A DNA stretch of 64,000 nucleotides, taken from NCBI GenBank assembly GCA_010093605.1, contig MU004185.1, positions 579,334 through 643,333 of the forward strand, read 5' to 3'. Both the position numbers and the translations under genes were made by a program. This DNA comes from Lophium mytilinum (Eukaryota). Within the stretch, counting starts at the first letter, position 1. Each line of letters starts with the position of its first letter. Under the pieces are notes generated by a model that was not told the origin of the DNA, ran no database searches, and saw only the letters and a program-made list of their open reading frames with translations. Below are positions 10,226-22,073 of the stretch, piece after piece.

Positions 10226-11581
10226 CTATTGTTTCAGCGTACTTGGCCGCCATAGTTTCATCTCTTGTATCTCAATAGAGTTCGGAGGTCTGATAGGAAT
10301 CATTCGCAATTCCGTTCCATCGTCTCTGAGGTCTTGCCATGAAGCGTACTTGATCTTCGACGCTATGGACATCCTACGAGCATAGTCGGTGATATTCCAA
10401 ACATCCTTGGATCTAGCCATGTCGAATATGTCTATTGCGCCAGCTTTCAAACTAGCAAGTACAGCCTGCTATGCGATTAGTATTCAATCATGACCGAGTA
10501 TGGAAGTATAGCCTTGCCTGAAGGGATCTATATATTGTCTCAAGTGCGAGTAATGCAGCAGTCGCTGCATTGCTTCGTTCACCAAGCTCTTTCTTCTTCT
10601 TCTTATTCCTAGTACAGCTGTAGGCACTGAGGAGTTGCTTCAACTCCTCCTCTCGAATCTTGATCTGCGCCGTCAACACATCCAATGCTTCTTTCAGTTC
10701 TGCAATCTGGCTCTGCGTCTGCTTGTGCTCCGCTTGGCTGACTTGGCAATTGAGCTGGACCGTCCCAATGATCCCCGCCTTGCACGAGTGCAATGCTTTC
10801 GTGGCATTATCATGTAGATCACTGTTCTCGGCCATAATGGTTTGTGTTTGCGTTTGTACCTCCTGTCTCGTGATGGCGTGTTCCTTGCGGTTGATATAGC
10901 TTTCGTCCGTAATGGCATGTCGCGCTTGTGCTCGAGTGACATGATGGCTATCCTTGATCAGAGCTCGGGTATCTTCAAATTCGCTTTTGCTCCCAAGCTG
11001 TTGTTCTTGTAGCGCCGTGGTAAAGAGATCGCGATCGTTGAGGATGGCATCGAAAATGTGCTTCGCATGGAGGTCGCTCTTCTCGAGAAAGCCTTTGATC
11101 TCCGATTCGAATCCGATCAACTTTTGTCTGGTTGGGGTTAGAGAATAGTCAAAGATGCAAGCAAGGAAGCTTACCGCAGTTGATCAACACAATGAAAACT
11201 CAGCTGATCCCGAAGAAAAGCAAGCCTGTGTTCCAGGTCCAATACCTTCTCTTTGCTCCATACACTCCTAATTCCTTTTCTCAAACTCTTCCATTTCGTC
11301 TTTCCGGCCTGAACTTTCAATGTTTCCAAGACACCAAGCAGTTCAGACGACGTCGTAGCCACTGCAGTACACAGGTCGATGAGAGAAGCATCGCCTGCAG
11401 ATGTAGCCGAAGCTTCGACCTCATCTTTTAGAAGAATGAGGTGGTTGGTAACGAGCTCGATGTCGGCATTTGTATCAAGTATGCCGGTTCGCGACCGATA
11501 TATTTCGGCAGTTTTAGATAGGCATATACCACTGAAACTGACAAGTTGGACGATACTTGAGACCGCGGCCACGGCCTCCAT
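10226..11581 (-). CDS. Protein with fungal STAND N-terminal (HeLo-like/SesA-type) helical domain plus coiled coil, no NACHT domain (exons 11581-11175, 11127-10518, 10465-10226; ~418 aa)
   Basis: MEAVAAVSSIVQLVSFSGICLSKTAEIYRS...KTKWKSLRKGIRSVWSKEKVLDLEHRLAFLRDQL resembles the N-terminal domain of fungal NLR-like proteins. A GT-AG intron (11174-11128) and a GC-AG intron (10517-10466) join three ORF-track pieces in frame. May be a truncated gene. Confidence 0.7.
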
Positions 11582-14305
11582 GCCGGGCAAGTCGATGAGG
11601 AAAGCCGAGTGATCGACTCCAACCTTGGGAGCGAGCAGAGTCGATCGAGGATTTGCTGTAGCTTCGTTGCTCGCACGTGTGCCAAGGCCTGACAATGCAC
11701 TGCCACGCACATACACAGCCCTTTCTTGCGTCCTGTGCTTAGCATATCTTGTAATCGATGTGTAAGAAAGGGTTCCTAGCCCTGCAAATGTTATTTGGGC
11801 CAGTCAGACCTCTTTCGCAGCTTGCAGTCCCGAAAGGTACCCTCGCATCCGATACAGCCCGTGGGCAGACTGGCGATCCCGCCGCCATCCTTTAATGCTC
11901 TGAACCTCAACCACCTCGCACAGGATGCGAGAAGAGCCTGCGCTATTCATCTTTGCACCGCTTCCTTTTATCAGACTTCCACAGAACGAGGTAGGCGAAA
12001 CCAGTGGTGTCACTGCTAGGACTAGAATCAGAGCTTCTCTACCCTCGATTGCATAACACTTTGATAAAAGGTACTAGAACTTCGAAAGAGGGCCTTCTTT
12101 GACGGTTCGGCAGATTTTCCACTGAAAGCAACGCAACTTGATGGTTCTAGTGTTTCTGCCTTGTTGCTTTACTAAGACGACTGGCTTCGCCTACCTACTG
12201 TGCCTTGTTTCTACTCTGCATGCGCCCATCCAACCCTGTCTGCCTCGTGATATCCAAAGCCCATCACCAGAAGCCTATATTGAGACTCATTAGTGCCTAT
12301 CGCTTTTCTATAACCTCGATTTATGCCTCGCCAATGTCCAAAATTTGTCGGGAAAAGACCGCGCTTTTGGCGCATCAATCACAGCCAGTAACGACCAAGC
12401 CGCGTGCCATTCGTTCCACAAAGGTACGAAGTACTCCGAACTTCTCGCGTCGTCATGATAGCCTCCATATCCATGCGCTCGTCTAAACCTGCTAAAACAT
12501 GCGCGGCAGATTTCGGAATATGCACGCACTGGCACCGTCTTCGACGCCTGATTGCCTGGCGTAGTTGCCTTCTTGCCTTCTCAAAATCGATGCGTTGTCA
12601 ACCACACTAAATCATAATTGTACTCAACAACTCTCATTCATGCTCCACACCACGAGGCAAGCTGTTAAACGTAAGAAGTGAGGCGGCTACAGTGCCGCCG
12701 TGGCGCGACGCACTGCAGCGTGGGGTAGGCATGCGATGCGGTGTCTAGGAAAGGACTTGCGGAGCTGCGTGCCACCCTTCGCAGTTAGAAACGCGGGGCT
12801 TGCGTAGTGGCACGCAGAAGCAACGGCGAGAAAGCGCGCGTGATGATTCGCAGATGCAGAGACGCAGAGAAGGACAGAAGGAGAGATGGAATGCGGTGGG
12901 GTGAAGTGAGTGAGTAACGGTGGTCCTTGCTTGAATGAGGCTTCGGACGGCGTTAAACCTACGGCTTGCGTCTGCGTCCGTAGCACGGAGCACCACCAAC
13001 AAGGCATACAGTTTAGGTTGTCAGATTTCCAACACGCCGTTCGCGCACGAATGATGATGCGGGTGGAAAGTATATGCTGAAGAAGAAGGTCGGAAGAGGG
13101 TGAAGGGCTGGTGATGCGTGGTCATCCGCTAGGTTCCATGCCCTGTGCTCTTTCTTCTAGAACGGCGGAGGACATGGGACAAGGGCCTGAAACATGAATC
13201 CTTCCCGAGGCCTGAGCGCAGGCGGGTTTCTGATGGCTGGGAATCCGCTCAAGCTTTGGCGAGGCGGCGGCCTGTGAGTTGCGCTTGTTGTGACGACATG
13301 GTGTGGCTTTAGAAGTGGGTATGGGGAGGGAGGGTCTTACCTATCTTTGCCTAGAAAGAGGCAGCGGGTCCTTGGTAATGGTGCCATATGGAAGATAGCT
13401 TTTGATATACTCTGTCCAGTTTAGTAGGAGTATGAACTTACTCGAATGCTGCTTTCACCTCTCGTGAGAGCATCACAAGGCGGAACCCCAGAATCGAGCC
13501 AATCACACGACGCGAATAGTACATACGAAGATGCCCTTCGATCGCGGCCTCGTATCCCCAGTCCATCTCCTCCATGATCACCACCTTGCCAAGCTCAGCC
13601 ACCTGTGCTTACCTGCAGCTCCCCGTCCCACTCCGGTGCCACACGCACCACCACATCAATTCCCTCAAGCCCCGACGCCGTGCCTTAACTTCTGCATTGA
13701 CGATCCCTCAAAGGCGCATTCGCAACGCCGGGGCGCTTTCGGCTAAGAGCACGACTCTGCGTCTCGAGCATTTGTGACCTGTCCTATCGCGCAACCCTGG
13801 AAGAAGGCGATGCCCCAGTCCTGGGCGCATATGCGTGCATGCATGTATCAGCCGCACGGATGCCTAGCAGAGGGCGTCTGCGTCTTGGGTCTACCGGCGC
13901 GGGGGACGTACGATGCCAAGCCAGAAAAGATCAGACGTGCAGGTGGCTGGGGTTACAGCCTCAGGCACGCGTGCGTCGTGTGGGATGGGATGCGCGGCTA
14001 ACACATGGATTGACGTTGACTGAGCAGGAGATGAGACGGGCATATGCGTGGTTGCGTGGCAGGAGGGCGTGAGGGCGGAGGGGGAGAGGTGCACGATGGT
14101 TGGATAGGCGGGAACGGGGTTAGAAGAGGCGTGCAAGGGATAGTGATTAGGAGGCAGAAAGCACTGAGGCCAGCGTGGTGCGTGTGTGTTGAGATAGAGA
14201 AATGTGGTGGATAAGCTGCGCGAGAAAGGGGGAAACCCACCCATCTGATTGAGGCCCAGCAGAACCAACATGGTGGAACACATCAAATAGCCCCAGTCTG
14301 ACAGG

Positions 14306-14570
14306 CTGTTGCGCATCGAAATAAGTGTCGCTTTTGTGGCACGGGCCCGAACACCAACACCAACGCCGCAGATGAAGCAATTAATACTTTGTCATTTGGC
14401 CCACAGCCTCAAGAACAGCCTCCAGCCTATCTAGATACTCAGAAATGAGTTGAAATGGTTGAGGTTTGGTGGTGCAGGAGCATGTGGGAGTCTTATTGTT
14501 TGTTGTAATCGCCCAAGTGCACGGGCTTAGCCCTTGCCACAAAAGCGACACTTATTTCGATGCGCAACAG
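14306..14570. mobile_element. MITE-like non-autonomous DNA element (265 bp)
   Basis: Perfect 36-bp inverted repeats 14306-14341 (CTGTTGCGCATCGAAATAAGTGTCGCTTTTGTGGCA) and 14535-14570, extendable to 41 bp with one mismatch. Flanked by direct ACAGG at 14301-14305 and 14571-14575. No credible ORF inside. Confidence 0.75.
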
Positions 14571-15861
14571 ACAGGGCGCGCTCATCCCACCAGGCCGTCG
14601 TCATCGTCGATTAGGTGGGGCGAAGCATCGCCAACGGTGCACGGATGGTGAATGGAAGCTGCAGGCGAAGGCGCTAAAAGCTTCTGTGATCGTTCTCTGC
14701 AAAACGGGGCGTAAAGGAGGCTAAACCCACCCTAGTCTGGCACGAGCCTCCGCTAACCCATCTCTCTGCCGGTTCGGCTCCACTCGCGGTCGGGATCCCG
14801 GGCGGCTTTCGCTCTAGTTTTACCTGACAGCCGTCTCCACCACACAAGCTCTTCCTCCGCGTCCTGCAACCCTGGCGAAGGATTGCCGAGATGGTCAAAG
14901 GCTTTATTCGCAACCTCGGACGCGCCGCTGATCCCCCCGGCGCCCATCCTCTGCAGTTCCACATCAGGAAACCCGGAGGACAGGCACAAAGCTTCGTAGC
15001 GAGTCTGCATCCATCGTGCTTCCGCTGGGATCCAGGATGATGGTACCTTGAACCATACGTCCTGGCCTCCACACACGCCTGCAGGCGGTGCTGCCGTCGG
15101 TACTGGCTGAACGTGGGGGACAGTCGACCAGGTGACTGGTGCCGTGCACCTTGCTTCGGCCGAAGATTGAGTCAGTCACGTCTTTGTGACGGCTGCATCG
15201 TTGGGGGCCTAAGATAGTGGGGGAGACTTTGTTGTTTGGGTTCGCTGCAGGTGTAGGGAGGCCGTGTAGTTGAGCACCGGAGTGTGGGTCCCGTTTAGGG
15301 TTCGCATTGGGGCTGAGGATGCAGCCTTGATGTCTACCTAGGTACGGTCGAGGTGTGGCAGATTAGTGATATTGGCGAGTGCGTCGTGGTGGCTGGGGGA
15401 GATGGGGCTGTGCTGATATCGCAGGACAACTTGAGGTCGGAACCTGGAAACTGATGGCTGGTTAGGAGGCTACAGTATCTGCGCAGGTGTTTTTGGAGCA
15501 TATTCTTGGAAAACTGGATAGGAGCTAGTTCTAATCATGCTATCAGGCTGCAGGAGAGAGTATGAGTTACGTTGGAAGCAATGTGATTTCATTTTGGTAG
15601 TGCGGAATAGCAGGATACTCCGAAATAGTCCAGTTATGATAATAGAGGTCCCAAAAATGCGTACATAGGGGAAAGTCTTTTTTAGTTTTGAACTTTCGTG
15701 AACCCAGAAGACAAAGGAGATGTACAGTGACGGCGAGTCGAGCAGCTGAAACTTCGCGCAGACGCCAGTGAGAGGGTATCAAAAAATCGTATCCGTAGCC
15801 GTTATGTCGTAACTCCACCAGTTTTACCCAAAGAGACCAATTCGATTTGTTATTGAATTCT

Positions 15862-17496
15862 TCATGCCTCATCCTCGCCATCGTGTTGAGCGTCTTCGTC
15901 TTCGTCGTCATCTTCATCAGCTCCGCGCTTGGGCTTCCCATCGCCTAGCTTCCATCCTCCATTCCGGTCAACCTCAATGAGGCCCTCGACAATGAGCCAC
16001 TGCTCGAGTTCTTTGTCGTGCTGCCAATCTTTGAAATCTGTCGGCGCCCCACCCGCCTTGCGATCCTTTTCTAGGTGGCGGCCGACGTGTTCCATGCGCT
16101 CTTCCCATCCACCAGATTCAAGGAACTTCCGGTCGCAGAACAAGCATGATGATCGTGGAGGTGGAGACCGTAGATGCGTGTAGCACCGCTTTTGATGTTC
16201 AGGGAGATTGTCTTCAGTGACCGGATACTCGCGTTGGTTGTTTCGGGGGACGGCGTGAACTGGCGCGGCGTGCATCCTTCGCAGATGCTGTGTGAAGAGG
16301 TCTTTGCGATTGAAGTCGTTGTAGTAGACTGTAGAACTGTTGGTGCTATCCACAGTAGTAGGGCAAAGGTCGCAACGCCAAAATCCAAGGCGAATGTGCT
16401 GCGTGCCGACGTGTCGCTTCCACTCATTCTTGGACGCGAAGGTAGAGGAACAGGAGTATGGTGCCAGCGGGCAGGGAAAGGGTCGAACAGCGCTGTTGTT
16501 TCCGCTGTTGCTTGACGCGTTGGCATTGGCGCTGGTTGGCGAAGAGATGGAAGAACGACCCTTCTTGACGACACGTGCGTTGGAGACGCCGGGCGGTGTG
16601 GATACTACTCGTATGCCGACGCTACGTTTGTGAGTGTGCTTTGTGCTCGAGCCGCTGCTTGACTGCGAAGTGCGACGCCTGCGCCTCTTTGAGGTCGGTG
16701 ACGAAACAGTGGGCTTGTACTCGGAGTCGGACCCATCCTCATCACGAGTGGCGGGTTGAACCGATTCGGCATCTCTCATGGACTCTCCCAGTCCAGAGTC
16801 ATCACAGTGGTCGACGTCCATCTTGTGGCCCATTGTCTCCTGCTCGTATGCGAACTCGATCTTCAAATCTGACTCCTCGACAGACTGCTCCGGTTCTTCG
16901 TCGGGGGCGTATTGGATCTCTCGAAGGGCAATGCCTGAACCGCCTCCCATAGGTAGGTCCGCAAAGGACGCATTGGCATTCTGCTGCTCTGGGTACGACA
17001 TGCCGTGGGCTGGGTAGCCCACCTGGCCTGACATGGAGTACCGGGCGAATATGTTCGACGGCTGCAATTCGTCCCGCGGACTGACACTCCAACTGCCGCT
17101 TGAAGCGGAAAAGATGGTGTCATCTGGAGAGCATTGTCGGCGGTGCTCCTCTGGAGTAGGCCACGGCGACTGTGGCTCTAAGGATCTATTGTGCTCGAGG
17201 TATTGGTTGTGCATTGAGCCTCCACAATGTTTGCTGAGGTCTGTGTGGAGATATTCGGGAGCAAAAGGCAACGTTCCATTGAAATAGCGCTGCATGTTCG
17301 ACATGTCCTGCGTGTTCTGTTCGTCGAGTGGAAGTTGTGTTCCAAAGACATTGACCAGTTTGGCCCCGAATTGGCGAGAGTAATCCATGTTGTTGGGCTC
17401 GTTCGTATAAGATGTCCACGAGCAGTCAGAATTCAAAGGACCGTCTTCTGCGACTTGGATCTGTGGGAGGTCGTTGAAAAGGAAGTGTGCCTCCAT
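15862..17496 (-). CDS. C2H2 zinc-finger transcription factor (ZF-A), 544 aa, single exon
   Basis: FPCPLAPYSCSSTFASKNEWKRHVGTQH; FWRCDLC...FNRKDLFTQHLRRMH; SSCLFCDRKF...WEERMEHVGRH; basic NLS KRRRRR; acidic tail. Confidence 0.9.
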   Translation of the reverse strand: MEAHFLFNDLPQIQVAEDGPLNSDCSWTSYTNEPNNMDYSRQFGAKLVNVFGTQLPLDEQNTQDMSNMQRYFNGTLPFAPEYLHTDLSKHCGGSMHNQYLEHNRSLEPQSPWPTPEEHRRQCSPDDTIFSASSGSWSVSPRDELQPSNIFARYSMSGQVGYPAHGMSYPEQQNANASFADLPMGGGSGIALREIQYAPDEEPEQSVEESDLKIEFAYEQETMGHKMDVDHCDDSGLGESMRDAESVQPATRDEDGSDSEYKPTVSSPTSKRRRRRTSQSSSGSSTKHTHKRSVGIRVVSTPPGVSNARVVKKGRSSISSPTSANANASSNSGNNSAVRPFPCPLAPYSCSSTFASKNEWKRHVGTQHIRLGFWRCDLCPTTVDSTNSSTVYYNDFNRKDLFTQHLRRMHAAPVHAVPRNNQREYPVTEDNLPEHQKRCYTHLRSPPPRSSCLFCDRKFLESGGWEERMEHVGRHLEKDRKAGGAPTDFKDWQHDKELEQWLIVEGLIEVDRNGGWKLGDGKPKRGADEDDDEDEDAQHDGEDEA

Positions 17497-19560
17497 TTTA
17501 TGTTCTAAGTCTGAAATTACACGGCGCTAAAAGAGTAAAGATCACGTAGTGCTGATGGTGGATCTCAACCCGGAAGCGTGAGACCGACTAGGCAGGTCCT
17601 GGGAGCAGAAGTAGACGATGGGGTAGACCAGGAGTGGAGGTCTTTGCTTGGCATGAGTGATGGATGATCATGTAATTTGCTTGAAGTAACGTACAGTAGC
17701 TGCGGGACTAGAGAGAGAGTGCAAGCAGCCAGGATTTAAACAATTACGAGTAGGGTGTAGATAGGGACGCGAAATAGTGATAACGAGTCTGATAGCAGTG
17801 AGTGAAACGGGTAGGGGGCGAAGCAGTGACGCGAAGGCTGCTTGTTGGGCGAACCCGCTGAAATTCTATGGCGAACTGCACCGCCTTCGAGCTTGCTGGT
17901 AGTGTGCATCGCGGGCAGGTCGCGTTAGTTAGAGCATTTATGGTGCTTCAACCATTCACCTGAGAGCAGAGCCGCACTAGGCCGCAAACGCAACGCTACT
18001 TCAGACCCAAGAAACTACCCGGCCCCTGCATGCTTCTCACCGGTGAAGGCACAAGCGCCTCGACACTCACAGACGGGGGCACAGGGGGTCTGCGCCAAAT
18101 GCAAGCCACTCGCGGCGGAGGGGTATGGTCATGGGGAGAGGTACCACGCAGTCCCTGGCAGGGTCGGCAAAAAGAAAGAAACACGCCAGGCCGAGCAGAT
18201 CATTACCATGATGCGGATGGGCCCAGAGCTGCGAGCCGACTCTGGGGTCAGGGCCGTTCTGTGGTTCGCATCTGGGACGTCGATGCTGGATGCGCGGGCT
18301 GGACGCTTGTCGTCCCCTCTCCCCCGCCGCCACTGACATATCTGGGCCTTTGGGGGCTAAAAGCATGGAGAGGCGATCGTGATACGTGAAGAAGAGGTGG
18401 GACTCACAGTTGACCAGATAGACCCATCAATCTCCGCGCATGAGGGCATCTATATTTACGCAGTGGTGGGAGTGGGCTGAAGGAGACGGTCCCGAAGCCG
18501 CGATGCAGAGCGGAAGGGTTGCCCAGAAACGCGCCACCATGGATGCCCGATTTGAACGAATACTATGTCAAGCTACGGATTTAGGAGCTGAAGGAGACCG
18601 AGGAGGGTTGATTGCGCCCTTCATTGGAGGAGAAGGGGTCCGCTGCAGGAAGACTTGGCAAGGAAGGCGAACATACGCCCAATTCAGGCGACGACTTGAC
18701 GAGGCCTGGATGGCTCGTCCCTGTTGGCTGGATGATCGGGGGTTGAAGCTGGCCCAACGACCCCAAGAGGGCGTTTTCTGCACGGCGGCCTGGCCGCAAG
18801 CCAGAAGGGAGAACGCGGGAGTGCAGAGAGGTTGAATCGGCACGTCGACGAGCCGTGGGCGTAGCAGACGACGTGAGACATTGCGGAGAGCGCCAGAAGA
18901 CGCCTTGTAACACGCCCGGCGCGTGCGGCCACGCTCATTCACGCCGTGACGCCTGATGAGGCCATCGACGGCGTTCCACTGGCAGTCGTCGCGATGCTGC
19001 TGGGCTAGTCGGCGTCGAGTTGGGGGCGGTGCTTCGATGCTGTGCCGCACAATGAGCCCGTATTGGATGGCGTCAAAGCCACCCGGCATCAACACCACGG
19101 GGCGCTACGGCCCCTGCAGCCGAAAGCCGTGAGGAGTGCAGCGGGCGTCCACAGCCAGAGCGCGGCTATAAAACACGTCTTCGTTTGCGTGCGGCTCTCC
19201 GGCAGGAATGCTGATGCTCGCCCCGAGCTGGCGGCCACACTCCCAGCACGCTCACCCACATCCTTGATCACGGAACAGCCATCGCGAGCGAGCCACAGCC
19301 CTGGATTGCACCGGCCTGTCAAAGATCTGTCATAGTATTTGGCTATCGCGGCCGACGCCTCCTCCAGGCACCTCTGTGGCTGCATTTCCTGACACCCTGA
19401 CATGCTTTGTCCATCGACGTGGGATGAACGCTTGACTACGGCTTGCACGGCCTCTGTTTGTGGCACGTCGCTTGCACTCCGTTCTGGACGTTCCATGTCC
19501 CCGATTCATTGCTGAAGACGTGATGCTGAACCCCCTTCGAGACCCCGCAGCCCTTGCTCC

Positions 19561-20676
19561 CTATACAGCCATTTTCGCTAGGAGCCGGTCCTCGACCCCT
19601 TCTAGGATCCATTGATGCTCAATGACTTCCAGATTCTCTGCTTCACTCAGGAAGAGCTTGTCTGGGTCTTGCTCTGGACCCATCATCCCCGCGCCCGGAT
19701 TGACCTGACCCATCTGTTGCGTGACTTGGCTTGCAGCTACATCGGCAGATCGTCAGCGCTGCCTCACTAGGCGGATCGGTGGCTGCCGCTGCGGCCGGGC
19801 TGGCTTACCGTTATTGCTCCCGAGAATGAAGTTGTATACGGGCTGCAGGCCAAACAGAGTCAGGAAATACCAAGACAAGCTGGACACCCACCGTACGTCC
19901 AGATCACGCGTGCCGACGCCGGACTGCAGCATCGATTTGAACTGTGGCGTCAATGGGAACGGCAGCTTCACTATTGGTTCCCGAATCAGCACGCGTTCAT
20001 GAAGAAGTCATGCCACTCGGCCAGCCGTCTCTTGCCAGCCGTGTCTCGCCAGAACCAGCTCGCATGTAGAATGTTCGCTTCCGCAATGACTAGCTCACAG
20101 GGACGAAAGAATGAACTTAGAGAGTACGTACTTATAACGAATCCCGAGAAGAACGCATTGATCCACCCCATAATCAGCGTCTGCGGCACCATCATGGCCA
20201 TATTCCCCTTCATCATGCCCATCATGCCCTCCATCATGGCTGGGTCCGACATGGGGTTTGGTCTAGGTTTGCCCCTCGAGTCCGGGTCCGCTAGGAATTT
20301 CCCCTCTTGATACGCCGACACCATATAGGCCTTTCTAGCCTGCCAGGACGATGGCGAGAGCACATTGGCGTTTGTGCGGAGGTTGATACCGCGAACGAGG
20401 GAGCGTTGCTGGCGAATTTGCGGGAGGGTTTGCTTCTTCGGCGCAGTTTGGAGAAGGGTCATGAAGTAGTGGCGGAGGAGACCCGTTAAGACCTTTCATG
20501 AATCAGTATATGCGTCTGGACACTATGGCGACGAGCGTACCATAACCACCGTGATGGGCAGTAGTATCCAATAACTGTACAGACATTCAGCGAAATTCCA
20601 TCCAATGCCGCGTTCCGACGTCTACTCACAAAAGCGCAGGATCCCTATGGATCGTCTGCACCACTGGTTGTCCCAT
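19561..20676 (-). CDS. EMC3: ER membrane protein complex subunit 3 (5 exons: 20676-20630, 20574-20541, 20492-20132, 19970-19809, 19736-19561)
   Basis: MGQPVVQTIHRDPALF|YWILLPITVVM|VLTGLLRHY; PQTLIMGWINAFFSGFVI|MKLPFPLTPQFKSMLQSGVGTRDLDVRWVSSLSWYFL; four GT-AG introns restore the frame. Confidence 0.95.
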
Positions 20677-20939
20677 GTTGGATATGTAGAAGCGATGCCG
20701 CTTGCCTCACTCCAATGTCAACGCGAAAGGCAGCTCGAAAGTGATGATGTGTGCGGAGGTTGACAGGTCGAACGGACCCTCTTTCCATCAGCGAGATGCA
20801 TGACAAGGATCAAGCGACTTGCGATTATTTGAGACCACCTTTCACCTCTAACAACGCCCCGTCGAGGAAGCTCTGAGCTTCTCATACAGCAATCACAACT
20901 CACAATTGCATCCCCGGATTCCAGAGTCTCTAGCCCGCA
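20677..20939. promoter_or_regulatory. Short divergent (putative bidirectional) promoter between EMC3 and SPC2
   Basis: Start codons at 20676 (-) and 20940 (+) are 263 bp apart, head to head. Confidence 0.6.
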
Positions 20940-21774
20940 ATGTCAGCCACAACCAAAATCGCAGTGCAATCTTTAGCCGGTTCGTAGATCCCCAGAGCTC
21001 TTCCCCCAAACCCCCTCCAAGCTAACCTAATTCCAGACCTCAAGAACACCACCGACGACGCTCTCCCCAATTACCTCACCTCCATCAAATTCCAGCGATC
21101 GCACAGGCTAATAGACGTACGCCTCGCCCTCGGCTACACCGCTGTCATCCTCGCCGGCGGCCTCTTCTACTTCGACTGGAAGCATGGCTGGGAAGCTTCG
21201 AAACCGTACACCGGACCCGCAGTGGCGGTGTACTTTGCACTGAATGCTGCGTTCTCGTATTGGATGTGGATGGTGGAGAAGGGGTCTATCTTTGAAGGGG
21301 AGAGGACGACGGGGAAGGTGAGCAATATAATTTCTCTTATACCACTCCGAACTATCTGTCCAAGAGACATATCCCGGAATATACGACCACAAGTACCAAA
21401 ACTAACAATCCCAGGTCGGCATTCTCTCCACCTCTAAGAAATACGACCCAACCTACTACCTCACTGTTACCTTCACCGACCCTTCCGGCAAGACGGACAC
21501 TCGCGACATCTCCGCCCCCTTCTCCCGCTGGTTCACGTCAGACGGTTACTTCGTGGCCAAGCCTTTCCAGCAATGGCTCGCTTCGAATGTGCCAGGCATT
21601 GGCGCGGCTGATCCGCAAAACATTGTTGAGGAGATTGGAAGAGGGAGCGCGGCCGAGGAGACTGGAGGTGTGAGTGTGGAGGATATGCTGAGGGTGGCTG
21701 GAGTTACAGGGGTTGCGGGGGCTACGGGGGCCAAGACGAAGGCGGGGGGCAGCGGAAGGAAGAGGAAGGGATAG
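20940..21774 (+). CDS. SPC2: Signal peptidase complex subunit 2 (SPC25 family), exons 20940-20979, 21037-21317, 21415-21774
   Basis: MSATTKIAVQSLA|DLKNTTDDALPNYL...HRLIDVRLALGY...two TM segments...APFSRWFTSDGYFVAKPFQQWL, basic C-terminus. Confidence 0.9.
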
Positions 21775-22073
21775 ATGGGCAGTCTTTCATGTGCTGGAAG
21801 TCCTTTGAGAGGAGTTTGGGGACTTTGTTGACTGAGTGGTCTCGCCGAGAGAAGACCCATTTGGTTGGTTCTAGTAGCTTTCCTGCTATTTTTGACAAAA
21901 AGCGTTTCTGTCAATAAAAGCGGAAGTTGGAACATTCTTGTTCACGGGTGGACGATTACGGCCGACCAATTCACCCGAGGGCTTAGACGACCTGTTATTC
22001 AACGTATCGAAAATACCCGGTTCTTCTACTCCTAGATGTAATCAGCAACGCCCTTCTCTGACCCTCTTTGCTG

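Noticed and set aside
15295..15302. AACCCTAA on the minus strand as a telomerase RNA template in the gene-poor region
   Set aside because: An 8-mer is expected by chance in 64 kb on two strands, and I could not identify a pseudoknot, three-way junction or Sm site.
17500..19560. Many short ORFs on both strands upstream of ZF-A
   Set aside because: Consistent with chance ORFs in GC-rich regulatory DNA; no domain or splice-supported model.
19971..20131. Longer EMC3 intron (161 nt) as a snoRNA host
   Set aside because: No box C (TGATGA) on the sense strand and no clear H/ACA hairpin pair seen.
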